Source of the DNA: the human T2T-CHM13v2.0 reference genome, Homo sapiens
Reading direction: 5' to 3' (one strand)
Length of the DNA: 64,000 nt
NCBI RefSeq assembly: GCF_009914755.1
Contig: NC_060927.1
Below the pieces are notes generated by a model, which made no database searches, was not told the DNA's origin, and was given only the letters and a program-made list of their open reading frames with translations. Every line of letters starts with the position of its first letter. Position 1 is the first letter of the stretch. The position numbers and the translations under genes are program-made. This document shows, one piece after another, positions 29,761 through 42,694 of this stretch.

Positions 29761-30116
29761 ACAACATGAGGTGGTGAATATCTTAATTAGCTTGACTGTG
29801 GTAATTATTTCATAATGTATACGTATATTAAAAAAATGATACTTCAATAAAGCTGGAGGGAGTAAAGAATAGAAATAAAACCACAACAAAACACAATAGA
29901 ATGGAAAATAAATTGTGGTAAATTCACCAATAAATTACATACTCATTGCACATAGCAATGAGAATGACCAAACTAGAACTACACCGCAAAATATCGATAA
30001 ATCCCACAAATACAATGTTGTGGGGAAAAATATAGACCAAAAAAAGAGTATTGTGATTCCATTTACACAATGTTGGAAACCAACAAGATTAACGTATGGT
30101 GTAAGAAGTAAGGATA

Positions 30117-30412
30117 GGCTGGGTGCGGTGACTCATGCCTGTAATCCCAGCACCTTGAGAGACTGAGGCAGACAGATCACTTGAGGCCAGGAGTTTGAGA
30201 CAAGCCTGGCCAACATGGTGAAACTCTATTTCTACTAAAAATACAAAAATTATCTGGATGTAGTGGCGCACGCCTTTAATCCTAGCTACTCAGGAGGCTG
30301 AGGCAGAAGATTCGCTTGAATCCGGGAGGCAGAGGTTTCAGTGAGCTGAGATTGCACCACTGCACTCTAGCCTGGGTGACAGAGTGAATGAGATTCTCTC
30401 TCAAAGAGAAAA
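30117..30412 (+). mobile_element. AluS with TSD, inside an L1ME-like remnant
   Basis: TSD aagaagtaaggata on both sides. Confidence 0.93.
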
Positions 30413-30975
30413 AAAGAAGTAAGGATATTGGTTACATTTGGTATAGGTAGTCCCTGAAAAAGGGCATCATGGGAATTTCTGGGTGCTGGTAATGATCTGT
30501 TTTTTAATTTGTTAGTTACATGGTGAATCCACTGTGTTGTGAAAATTCATCAAGATGTATACTAATAATTTAGGCACTTTTCTTTATGAAGGTATTATCT
30601 TCATTTTTAAAAAAACTTTAAGCACCACAAGAAAATGCTACTACATACCTAAAAGAGAAAGAAGGAAAATCGAAGGCACAAAAGGCTGACAAGATATTAA
30701 AGGATGCATTACATGTCCTTGTCTGACTCATATTCATTAGTTTAAGACTTCATTTCAAAAACCAGAGGGAGAAACTATAGATATTTCTTTAAGGGAGGTT
30801 TTTAACTCCTCTTAATCCAATTAATTTAAATAGTTAAATTTAATTTCAAGTGAAGGGACTTGCTTTAAAAAATAACCTCATGATCTGATAAAGAAAAAGT
30901 ATAATAAATAGCTAAATTCCTATTCCAGTAGAACTTTTTAAAATGGTTTCATTGGACATAGGGCTTCAGAAATCA

Positions 30976-31265
30976 GGCCAAGAGTGGTGGCTCATGCCTG
31001 TAATCCCAGCACTTTGGGTCCCAAGGAGGGAGAATCACTTGAAGCAAGGAGTTTGAGATCAGCCTGGGTGAGACAGTGAGACCTCATCTTTTCAAAAAAT
31101 AAAAACAGAAACATTAGCCAGGCGTGGTGGTGCACACCTGTAGTCTTAGCTACTTGGGAGACAGACAGGAGGTTGAGGCTGTAATTTGCCATCATCACAC
31201 CACTGTACTCCAGCCTGAGAAATAGAGCAAGACTCTGTCTCAAAACAAACAAACAATAAAAAAGA
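30976..31265 (+). mobile_element. AluJ
   Basis: Diverged Alu dimer (aggttgaggctg, gtgagacctcatct) with (AAAC)n tail. Confidence 0.85.
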
Positions 31266-32440
31266 AATAACTAAAAAATGCAAATAAAGTTACCTAAGTC
31301 TGTGAAGACTGTAATTGTTTTAACTTTGCCTGTATTTTTTTCCCAATAATTTAGGGATAAATAGTTGGGGTCGTATTTCTGTTTTAGTAATATCTGTACC
31401 ACTTTAAGTGTCACTTGCATTGTTTTTGTTTTGTCTCTTAACCATATCCTTTCAGCTGATCATTCTTGTTCCCCACCTCCTATTACAAAGCTGCCAATAA
31501 CCTGAGATAATAAAACAAATATTTAGTAGGAATTGATATGCGTGCACAGAGATGGCCCATAAATCTATACTTTGAAATTCAGCAGTAAACAACCCTCAGT
31601 GACACCACATTTTCAGTTGTATTTAACTGAAATCATTAAAATATTATTTAAATAATTTAAAAAACAAGAAATATTGCCCTGAGTGCAAAGGGGAGAATGG
31701 TGTGAAAACCCATAATGATGCTGTTCTAGAGATTTGGTAATAAACTAATGGAAGGATATTGAGGATGGTGAAAAGAAACTCCTGTGACTAGACCCAGTTG
31801 AATGTATTGTGACCAACTCATTCAGGTTTGTCCCCAGAGGTCCTCATTTTATCTGAAACTCATGTTTCAGGAAATCCTTTAGTCATGGTGATCAGTGAAG
31901 GGCTGACCACTTGAGCTGAATGTTGGCAAGGAAGAAGATGCTTTACTCTTTAGTATATGTCTTGAGAGACACGTTGAATGGCAATGGTATTTCATGAAAC
32001 AGCAGTAATAGGCACAGTAGCAAATATATGCAAGGGGTGGGTAACAGGTAGCCACATGTTTACGTTTTGGTAATATTAAATTGGAGATAACTATGAGACA
32101 TCCAACTGGAGATGGCCACTAGAGAGCTAGACATATGTGTCCAAAGGTCAAAAGAGTCCCTTAGTTGGAGGTCAGTTTAAAAAAACATCAAGAAGAGGGT
32201 TGTGGAAGCCATGGTGGTAGATTAGATCAATTAGTGGGAGTATAGAGAGAGTGGACTCAAGTAGAACCCTGGAAAATAACAAAAAACATATCTTTCTTTC
32301 CTTTTGTGATATAACTACAAGTTGGGAGGTTATATATTTCAGATATATGGTTCTCCTGCCTTATACTGTAGCATTAAATATAAACCAAAATATTATATTT
32401 TATTAGAGTTTGCATTATCTGTCATAATTTCTGTAATTAG

Positions 32441-32798
<358 letters not shown>

Positions 32799-32964
32799 GG
32801 AATCAGGGTTTTTAAAGCACAATAAATGTTATAATAATTCATAACCTACTTAATGTTTGGTGTATATGTAAAATATATACCAAATCTCTAAAACATGAGT
32901 GAGATTTTGGTATATATTTTAAGGTGATAAATTGTGTAGGAGGAACTAGTTAAAGGAAAAAGGT

Positions 32965-33272
32965 TTTGCTTTTCTAGGGCCGATAAGTTGTGGTAAAGTA
33001 ACTAGGAAATATATGGAGGGAAATAATAGAAGATAAGAATTATTTTAATAAGGTCTATTTATGAAGACTCATCCTGGCATCAGTTCCTTGTATGTGGTGA
33101 TAAGAGTGCTCTCCTCTTCCTAGTATGGGGAGGGGAACTTTGTCAAGGGAAATGCATGCCCTGGCTTAAGATAGTGGGAGGGTAGAAAGCTCTTCCTGTA
33201 TCTGCCGTTTCTCAATTGCTTTTGCAACTCAAAATAATCAATATGCCAAAGCAGCATATTTTGATCTCCTTG
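32965..33272. mobile_element. MER4-group ERV1 fragment
   Basis: ctcaaaataatcaatatgccaaagcagcatattttg motif typical of MER4-group elements. Confidence 0.45.
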
Positions 33273-34009
33273 AATAGCTTACTGCTCTTGCCCTGCTCTC
33301 AATCGTATTTAGAGTTAAAACCAAAGTGTAAAAATAGAACTTTTTAATACTCTACAGCCAAGGATTTTTTGGCTTTGTCTCATTTTCCAACATTTCTTTT
33401 TCCACGTTCTTTCCATGCCCACTGTTTTAGATCTTCTCTAAATAAAGTGAAGTCTACAGAAGGTAAGTGGCCCTTATGTGGTACTTATCTTTCTGCAAAT
33501 AAACACAGTGACTTACAAGTTTTTTAACATCACCAAACTTCAAAAAATTACAAATGCAGTAAAAGCTTGTGTTGTTAAACTAATAAGAAAATATGTAGGT
33601 CAACAATCTATCTCTCCCAACCCTACTCCTGGTCTGCTTCATTAGGTAACCAATATTAGCTGTTTCACACATTTAATTCTACCTGTCTCTATGTTTATAT
33701 ATATATGTTTATGTCTCTTTTTAAAATATATCTAAAATAAGATCACACTATATGCTTTATTCTAAAACATGCTTTTTTCACTAAACAATATATCATGAAA
33801 ATCCCCCCATTCAAAATATACAGATATAACCCATTCTTCTTATAGCTACATAATCTTCTACCACTTTTTATTCAACTATTTCCTATTAATAAGCTTTTAC
33901 ATTAGCTCTACATTTTTTGCTATATATATATATATATATAAATACTGTAATAATATGAACATGTCTTGATACTCTATTCTATTTCTGAAAGAGAGATTCT
34001 CTAAAATAA

Positions 34010-34414
34010 TGAGGAGATAGGCCACTTCTCCTACTGTCCCCTGTCTCCAAATAAAAGGAGGAAGTAAAAACAGAAAAATAACAGACTGATCAACGCCACT
34101 GGCCAGGCCTGTAGGTTAACGATTAACCCCACCCTAACCGCTTGTGCTATCTATAGATCACAGACAATGGTATGGAGAAATACTTGCCTTGCTCACCACC
34201 CCCACCTAGGCACATACCCTATGCTCGCTCAATCTATCATGACCCTTTCACGTGGACCCCTTAGAGTTGTAAGCCCTTAAAAGGGCCAGGAACTCTTTCT
34301 TCCGGGAGCTTGGTTCTTGAGAGGCAAGTCTTGCTGACACTCCCAGCTGAATAAAGCCTCTTCCTTCTTTAACCCAGTGTCTAAGAGGTTTTGTCTATGG
34401 TTTGTCCTGCTGCA
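34010..34414 (+). promoter_or_regulatory. HERV-E 5' LTR
   Basis: TG...CA ends; TATA-like CTTAAAA near 34276; AATAAA at 34350. Confidence 0.92.
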
Positions 34415-34419
34415 TTTCA

Positions 34420-34437
34420 TGGTTCCCTGACCAGGAA
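34420..34437 (+). other. Primer-binding site complementary to tRNA-Glu
   Basis: TGGTTCCCTGACCAGGAA versus the expected TGGTTCCCTGACCGGGAA (17/18). Confidence 0.9.
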
Positions 34438-35072
34438 GTGAGGTGATTAACAGTCGGTCGAGGCAGCCCCTTAGGCAGATTAGGCCTGCCCCATGGAGCA
34501 TCCCTGTGGGGGACCCCAGCTGGCTTGGGCAACGCAGATCCTGAGAGCGCTCCCGGGTGGACATTCGCCCTGGTAGAACTCCTTGTCAGAGTGGTGCACG
34601 GCAGGCCCCTGCTGAGGATCACTGCAGTGGCTGAACACCAGGATAGAACTGGTGCTTGGAGTCTGTACATCTGGAATACGGTAGGACCAGTCCACTCCAT
34701 TTGAGTGGAAGTGTGTCCTAATCACCCACGGTGTGCCATTATTGGCACTTTGGTCTCAGTTTTCATTTTGATTTGGCTTGGCTTGTTTAAAAAAAGGAAA
34801 GTGAAAGTGAGTGAATGCTTGTGTTTGAGACGGGCACCGGATGGACAGTGGTCACTGTCTGAAGTGTGTGTAGAGCCCCAAGCTGCAGTTCCATAGGATA
34901 CTCATACAGCTAAGTGGCAGTTCATGCTGCCACCTGGTACCAGCCTGCCTAAGCTAAGATGATCTGAGATTCCCGTGAGGGAAGTGGCCAGTGGCAGGCA
35001 GGGCGAGTGAGTGACTCCTTTACCCTTTCCCTTCTTGTGTCGTGAGCGTCGTTTTTGTCTCGGTGCGGGGAA

Positions 35073-36639
35073 ATGGATGAGATGCAAAGTAAGCCCACTC
35101 CATTATGGACTGTGTTAAAGAATTTCCAAAAACATTTTAATGGAGATTATGGGGTTACTATGACCCCAGGAAGACTTAGGACCTTGTGTGAGATAGATTG
35201 GCCACATTAGAAGTGGGTTGGCCATCAGAAGGAAGCCTACACAGTCCCTAGTCTCAAAGTTATGGCAGAAGGTAACTGGTAAGCCAGGACTCCCAGGCCA
35301 GTTTCCGTAGACACTTGGCTACAGCTGGTTTTAGACTCGCCACAGTGGTTAAGAGGACAGGCAGCAGCAGTACTAGTGGCAAAAGGACAGAGAGCCAAGG
35401 AAGAATCCCGCTCCACCCGCCGAGAGAAGTCGGCTCCTAAAGTCCTGTCCGACCCAACATTAGAGGATTCATGGCAACAAACAGCACCAGTGCCCACCCG
35501 CCCCTTCACCAAGAAGGAAGGCCTCCCACCCGAGCTTCCACAAGGCCTACATACCCCTAGACCACCCAGAGTAGAAAAGAAAGGATGCAAGACCTTGGAA
35601 GAAACCTCGCCCTTGGCAGCCCGTTTGAGGCCTAGAACTGGGATACAAAAGCCCCTGAAAGAGCAACAGTATACTGGGGTAGACGAGGATGGCCATATGG
35701 TGGAAATGTGTGCCTTTGTGTACCAACCCTTCACCTCTGCCAGTCTCCTCAATTGGAAAAACAATACGTCATCCTATACTGAAAAGCCTCAAGCTATAAT
35801 TGATTTGCTCCAAACTATTACCCAGACCCACAACCCTACTTGGGTTGATTGCCACCAGTTGCTCATGTACCTATTTAACTCAGATGAAAGGTGAAGGGTG
35901 CTCCAGGCAGCAACTAAGTGGCTAGAGGAACATGTTCTGGCTGATTACCCAAACCCCCAAGAGTATGTGAGGATCCAATTACCAGGAACAGACCCCCAGT
36001 GGGACCCAAATGAAAGACAGGGTATGCAAAGGCTAAACCGGTACAGGGAAGCCCTTCTGGAAGGCTTAAAAAAGAGACCTCAAAGGCCACAAATGTTAAC
36101 AAAGTCATTCAAGGAAAAGATAGAGTCTGGCACAATTCTATGAGAGACTATGTGAGGCCTATCGTACATATACTCCCTCTGATCCCGATAGCCCTGAAAA
36201 TCAGCGCATGATTAACATGACTTTGGTTAGTCAAAGTGCAGAACACATTAGAAGAAAACTACAGAAACAGGCTGGGTTTGCAGGTATGAATACTTCACAG
36301 TTATTGGAGATAGCCAACCAGGTGTTTGTGAATAGAGATGCGGTAAGCCACAGAGAGAACCACAGAGAGAGCAAATGCCAAGCCCAGTGAAACGCCGACC
36401 TGCTAGCTGCAGCTATTAGAGGGGTTCCCCCGAAGGAGCAAGAGAAGGGGGGCCTGGGGAAAAATACCCAGTCTGGCCATCCATGCTTGCAGCGTAACCA
36501 GTGTGCTTACTGTAAGGAAATAGGACATTGGAAGGACAAGTGCCCACAGTTGAAAGGGAAACAAGGTGGCTCTGAGCAGGAGGCCTCAGACAAGGACGAA
36601 GGGGCCTTGTTCAATCTGGCAGAAGGGTTACTGGACTGA
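35073..36639 (+). pseudogene. gag: HERV-E gag (frameshifted, with stops)
   Basis: MDEMQSKPTPL start; capsid YQPFTSASLLNWKNN and THNPTWVDCHQLL; intact CCHC knuckle CAYCKEIGHWKDKC at 36502-36543; TGA at 36637. Confidence 0.9.
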
Positions 36640-39600
36640 GGGGGACCGAGCTCATGTGACCCCAAAGAGCCCATGGTCAGGATGACAGTCGGGGGCAAGG
36701 ACATTGAGTTTCTTGTCAATACTGTTGCTGAACATTCAGTATTAACCATCCCGGTCACCCCCTTATCCAAAAAAACTATTGATATAATCGGAGCCCCAGG
36801 GGTTTCGGCAAAGCAAACTTTCTGTTTGCCCCAGACCTGCACTGTGTGGGGCATGAAGCGATTCACCAGTTCCTGTACATGGCTGACTGCCCCTTGCCTT
36901 TACTGGGCAAGGGACCTACTTAGCAAGCGGAGAGCCACTATCTCTTTTACAAAGCATGGCTCTTTACAGCTAAAGTTACCTGGAATGGGAGTCATTGTGT
37001 TTCTTACGGTTCCTTGGGAGGAGGAATGGAGACTCTTCTTAACTGAGCCAGGCCAAGAGATAGGACCAGCTCTGGCTAAGCGGTGGCCAAGGGTGTGGGT
37101 GGAAGACAACCCTCCAGGTTTGGCAATCAACCAGGCCCCTGTACTTAGAAGCTAAGCCTGGGGCCCAGCCATTCAGGCAAAAGCAGTACCAGGTCCCCAG
37201 AGAAACCATTGAGGGCATCCAGGTCCATCTCAAGCACCTGAGGGCCTTTGGAATTATAGTCCCATGTCAGTCCCCTCCTACCTGTTCCCAAGCCAGGGAC
37301 CAGGGACTACAGGCCAGTACAGGATTTGTGCTTGGTCAACCAAGCTACAGTGACTTTGCACCCAACGGTACCTAACCCATACACATTGTTGGGGTTGCTG
37401 CCAGCTGAGGACAGCTGGTTCACCTGCTTTGACCTAAAAGACTCTTTCTTTAGTATCAAACTAGCCCCTGAGAGCCAAAAACTGTTTGCCTTTCAGTGGG
37501 AGGATCTGGGGTCAGGTGTCACCACTCAGTACACTTGGACCCAGCTCCCCCAAGGGTTCAAGAACTCCCCCACCATCTTTGGGGAGGTGCTGGCTTGAGA
37601 CCTCCAGAAGTTTCCCACCAGAGACCTAGGCTGCGTGCTGCTCCATTAGGTCAACGACCTCTGCTGGGACACCCCACGGCAGTCGGGTGTGCCAAGGGAA
37701 TGAATACCCTGCTCCAGCACCTAGAAGACTGTGGGTATAAGGTGTCCAAGAAGAAAGCTCAGATTGCAGACAGCAGGTACGTTATCTGGGATTTACTATC
37801 CGACAGGGAGAGCGCAGCCTGGGATCAGAAAGAAAGCAAGTCATCTGCAACCTGTCAGAGCCTAAGACCAGAAGGCAGGTAAGAGAATTCTTAGGAGCTC
37901 CAGGGTTCTGCAAGTTGCAGATCTCAAAGTTTGCAGTATTGGCTAAGCCCCTGTACAGAGACACAAAGCGGGGAGACAAGGAACCTTTTGAATGGGAGTC
38001 CCAACAGCAATGAGCTTTTCATGAGTTAAAAGAGAAGCTCTTGTTGGCCTCAGCCCTGGGGCTACCTGACCTAACAAAACCTTTTACACTGTATGTGTCA
38101 GAAAGAGAAAAAATGGCAGTTGGAGTTTTAACCCAGATGATGGGGCTCTGGCCAAGACCGATAGCCTACCTCTCCAAACAGCTAGATGGAGTTTCTAAGG
38201 TTGGCCCCCATGCTTAAGAGCCTTGGCAGCAACTGCCCTGTTAGTACAAGAGGCAGATAAGCTAACTGTTGGGCAAAACCTAAACATAAAGGCCCCCCAT
38301 GCTGTGGTAACACTAATGAACATCAAAGGACATCATTGGTTAACGAATGCTAGACTAACTAGGAACCAAAGCTTGCTCTGTGACAATTCCCGCATAACCA
38401 TTGAAGTTTGCAACACCCTGAACCCTGTCACCTTGCTCCTGATATCAGAGAGCCCAGTTGAACATAACTGTGTAGAGGTATTGGACTCAGTTTATTCTAG
38501 CAGGCCCAACCTCCGAGACCATCCTTGGACATCACTAGACTGGGAGCTATACATGGAAGGGAGCAGCTTCGTCAACCCAAGGAGAGAGGTGTGCTGGATA
38601 TGCAGAGGTAACCCTGGACGGTGTCATTGAAGCCAAATTGTTGCCCCAGGGTACTTTAGCCCAGAAGGCAGAACTCATTGCTTTAATTCAGGCCTTAGAG
38701 CTAAGTGAAGGTAAGACTAAACATTTACACTGACTCTAGGTGTGCCTTTTTAACTCTTCAAGTGCATGGGGCATTATACAAGGAAAAAGGCCTATTGAAC
38801 TCTGGGGGACAAGATGTAAAGTATCAGCAAGAGATCCTGCAACTATTAGAGGCAGTGTGGAAGCCCCAAAAGGTGGCAGTCATGCACTGCAGTAGACACC
38901 AGTGAGATTCTACCTTGATTGCCTTGGGGAACTCCCAAGCTGACTCAGAGGCTCAAAAAGCAACATCCACACCCTACCGGGCATCAGTCACAGCATCCCC
39001 TGCTCCCTCAGGAACCTGACCTTGTACATACTTATTCTAAAGAAGAGAAGTACTTTCTCCAGGCAGAGGGAGGGCAGATGATAGAAGAGGGATGGATCCA
39101 GTAATTGGACAGAAGAATAGCTGTGCCACAACTGCTAGGAGCCACCGTCGTACTGGCTGTGCATGAGACCACCCTCCTAGGCCAAGAGTCACTTGAAAAG
39201 TTGTTAGGCCAGTATTTCTAAATCTCGCATCTGTCAGCCCTTGCCAAAACAGTGGCGCAGCCATATGTTACCTGCTGGCAGCACGATGCTAGGCAAGGTC
39301 CAACCATTCTGCCCATCATACAAGCTTATGGAGCAGCCCCCTTGGAAGATCTCCGAGTAGACTTCACCAAGATGCCCAAATGTGGAGGTAAAAAGTATTT
39401 GCTAGTTCTAGTGTGTACGTACTCTGGGTGGGTGGAGGCCTATCCAACATGAACTGAGAAAACTCGTGAAGTAACCCATGTGCTTCTCCAAGATCTCATG
39501 CCTAGGTTTGGACTGCACTTACGAATCAGCTTGGACAATGGGCCGGCGTTTGTGGCTGACTTGGTACAGAAGACAGCTAAGGTATTGGGGATCACATGGA

Positions 39601-40194
39601 AACTACATACCGCCTACCAACCACAAAGTTCCGGAAAGGGAGCAGATGAATCAGACTACCAAAACATAATTTAGTGAAAGTGTGTCAAGAAACAGGGTTA
39701 AGGTGGGTACAAGCTCTCCCTGTGGTATTGTTTAAGATTAGATGTACCCCTTCTAAAAGAACAGGCTATTCTCCTTATGAAATATTATATCATAGGCCCC
39801 CTCCCATACTATGGGGACTCCCAGGTACTCCTCGAGACCTAGGTGAAATTGAGTTACAGAGACAGCTACAGGCTTCAGGGAAAATTACACAAACAATTTC
39901 AGCCTGAGTAAATGAGAGATGCCCCATCAGCTTATTCTCCCCAGTTCACCCTTTCTCCCCAGGGTGTGGATCAAGGATTAGAACGTAACCCCCTTGTGGC
40001 CATGGTGGAAAGGACCCCAGACTGTCGTCTTGACCACAGCCATAAAGGTAGAGGGAATCCCAGCCTGGATCCACCACAGCCACGTTAAACCTGCAGCACC
40101 TGAGACCTGGGAGGTAAGACCAAGCCCGGACAACGCCTGCAAAGTGACTCTGAAGAAGACGACAAGCCCTGCTGCAGTCACACCCGGAAGCTGA
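36640..40194 (+). pseudogene. pol: HERV-E pro-pol (PR, RT, RNase H, IN), defective
   Basis: FLVNTVAEHSV (PR), [16 protein letters not shown] (RT), NIYTDSRCAF (RNase H), ISLDNGPAF and WKLHTAYQPQSSG (IN), WIHHSHVKPA. Confidence 0.92.
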
Positions 40195-40216
40195 CTGGTC
40201 CACACACGGCCGAAGC

Positions 40217-42278
40217 ATGAGGAAACTCATCTTGGGACTCCTTTTCCTTAAACTTTGGACTTATAGAGTAAGGACTTCAACTGACCTTCCTCAGACTGAG
40301 GACAATTCCCAGCATATATATCAAGTCACTGAGATAGGACAAAAGGTTGCTGTAGTCCATTATTTTATAGTTATTATGAGTGTACCGGGACTCTAAGAGG
40401 AACTTGTTTGTATAATGCTACTCTATACAAGGTATGTAGCCCAGGAAGTGACCAGCCTGATGTGTGCTCTAACCCATCTGAGCCTCCTATGACTACCATT
40501 TTTGAAATAAGATTGAGGACTGGGAGCTGGGGAAAAGCTGATATGAGTAGAGTAGTAACTAGAATAGAAGAGAAAGGAGTCCCCAAACAAATTTTCTTAA
40601 AATTTGATGCCTGTGCAGCAATCAACAGTGACCTGTATGGAAATAGAATAAGATGTAGCTCTCTAGATTGGGAAAGGGGCTATATAGTAGAAAATAAGTA
40701 TGTTTGTCATGAATTAGGACTATGTACTGATGAATGTAGTTACTGGTCCTGTGTTATTTAGGCCACCTGGAAAAAAATATGAGAAGGACCCTGTCCTCCT
40801 TCAAAAAGGAAAGAGTAACTCTTCATGCACTTGTGGTTACTGTAACCTATTAGAACTACTAATTACCAATCCCCTTGATCCCCATTGGAAAACAGGAGAG
40901 TATGTAAATTTAGGAATCAATGGAACTGGACTGGATCCCTGAGTAAATATTTTAGTCCAAGGGGAGGTCCACAGGCTCTCTCCCAAACCAGTGTTTCAGA
41001 CATTTTATGATGAGCTGAATCTGCCAGCACCAGAGCTTCCACAAAAAAGAAAAGAACTTGTTTCTCCATTTAGCAGAAAATGTAGCTCATTTCCTCAATG
41101 TTACTTCCTGTTACATATGTGGGGGAACCACTATGGGAGACCGATGGCCTTGGGAAGCCCGAGAATTGGTGCCTACTGATCCAGTTCCTGACATAATTCC
41201 AGTCCAGAAGACTTCTGGGTCTTGAAAACCTCTATTACTGAACAATACTGCATAGCTAGGGAATGAAAAGACTTCACCATCCCTGTAGGAAGGCTCAATT
41301 GTCTAGGACAGAGGTCTAGGACAGAGGCTGTATAACGGCACAACAGGGACAGTCACCTGGTGGGGTCTAAACCATACTGAAAAGTATGTAAATTTCCTTC
41401 ATTACATTCCTTCAGTAAATTTCCTAAATTACAGATTGCTTGGCCCATCCACAATCTCATCGAGACTGGACGGCTCCTACTGGACTATACTGGATATGTA
41501 GGCACAGAGTCTACACTCAGTTACCTGATCAATGGCCAGGTAGTTGTGTCATTGGCACCAGTAAGCCATCCGTTTTCCTACTGCCCGTTAGAACAGGTGA
41601 GCTCTTAGGTTTCCCTGTCTATGTCTCCCGAGAAAAGAGGAGCATAGCTATAGGAAATTGGAAAGGTGATGAGTGGCCCCCCCCCGAAAGGATCACACAG
41701 TACTATAGGCCTGCCACATGGGCACAAGATGGCTTGTGGGGATACTGAGCCCCTATCTACATGCTCAACTGGATCATACTGTTACAGGCCATCTTAGAAA
41801 TAATCACTAAAGAAACTGGCAGAGCTTTGACTCTTTTAGCCCAGCAGAAACCCCAAATGAGAAATGCCATCTAGCAGAATAGATTGGCCTTAGACTATTT
41901 GCTGGCAGCTGAAGGAGGAGTCTGTGGAAAATTCAACTTGACCAATTGCTGTCTGCAAATAGATGGTCAAGGACAAGTAGTCGAAAATATAGTTAGAGAC
42001 ATGACAAAGCTGGCACATGTACCCATGCAGGTTTGGCATGGGTTTGATCCTTGATCCCTGTTTGGAAAATAGTTTCCAGCTCTAGGAGGATTTAAAACTT
42101 TTATAATAGGAATAATAATAGTGTTAGGAACATGCATGTTACTCCCCTGTATGTTACCCATATTTCTACCACCTTAGTTCATCAAAAGACCTCAGCACAA
42201 GTATATTACATGAATCACTATCGATATGTCTCACAGGAAGATCTAGATAGTGAGGATGAGAATGAGAACTCCCACTAG
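40217..42278 (+). pseudogene. env: HERV-E env, defective
   Basis: MRKLILGLLFLK signal peptide; furin site REKR at 41629-41640; ISD (stop)[26 protein letters not shown]; several stops and a 13-bp tandem duplication at 41301-41326. Confidence 0.9.
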
Positions 42279-42303
42279 TGTGTGAGGTTCTCAAAGAGGG
42301 GTA

Positions 42304-42694
42304 TTAGGAGACAAGCCATTTCTCCTACTGTCCCCTGTATCCAAAGAAAAGGAGGAAGTAAAAACTGAAAAATAACAGACTGATCAGTGCCACTGGCCAG
42401 GCCTGTAGGTTAAAGATTAACCCCACCCTAACTGCTTGTGCTATCTATAGATCACAGATAATGGTATGGAGAAATACTTGCCTTGCTCACCACCCCCACC
42501 TAGTCATGTACCACATGCTTGCTCAATATATCGTGACCCTTTCACGTGAACCCCTTAGAGTTGTAAGCGGGAACTCTTTTTTTGGGGAGTTCAGTTCTTG
42601 AGACACAAGTCTGCCAACACTCCTGGCCAAATAAAGCCTCTTCCTTCTTTAACCCGGTGTCTGAGGGCATTTGTCTGTGGCTCGTCCTGCTACA
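42304..42694 (+). mobile_element. HERV-E 3' LTR (TATA-like box deleted)
   Basis: Direct repeat of 34010-34414; ends ctaca; AATAAA at 42630. Confidence 0.92.

Larger units (their letters stand above)
27440..29865 (+). mobile_element. Old L1MA/MB 3' portion (ORF2 and 3'UTR) with internal deletions; host of the 29.1-kb insertion
   Basis: ORF2-like peptide ...RSRTGQGYPLLPFLFNIIL...ARAIR; 3' end cttcaataaagctggagggag. Confidence 0.9.
34010..42694 (+). mobile_element. Full-length HERV-E provirus (LTR2-family LTRs), coding-defective
   Basis: Two LTRs of about 400 bp, tRNA-Glu PBS, gag-pro-pol-env remnants in order, PPT aaagagggg before the 3' LTR. Confidence 0.93.

Noticed and set aside
40217-42278. 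HERV-E env as a domesticated syncytin-like gene
   Set aside because: Multiple stops and frameshifts, including a stop at the start of the ISD; longest piece is 117 aa.
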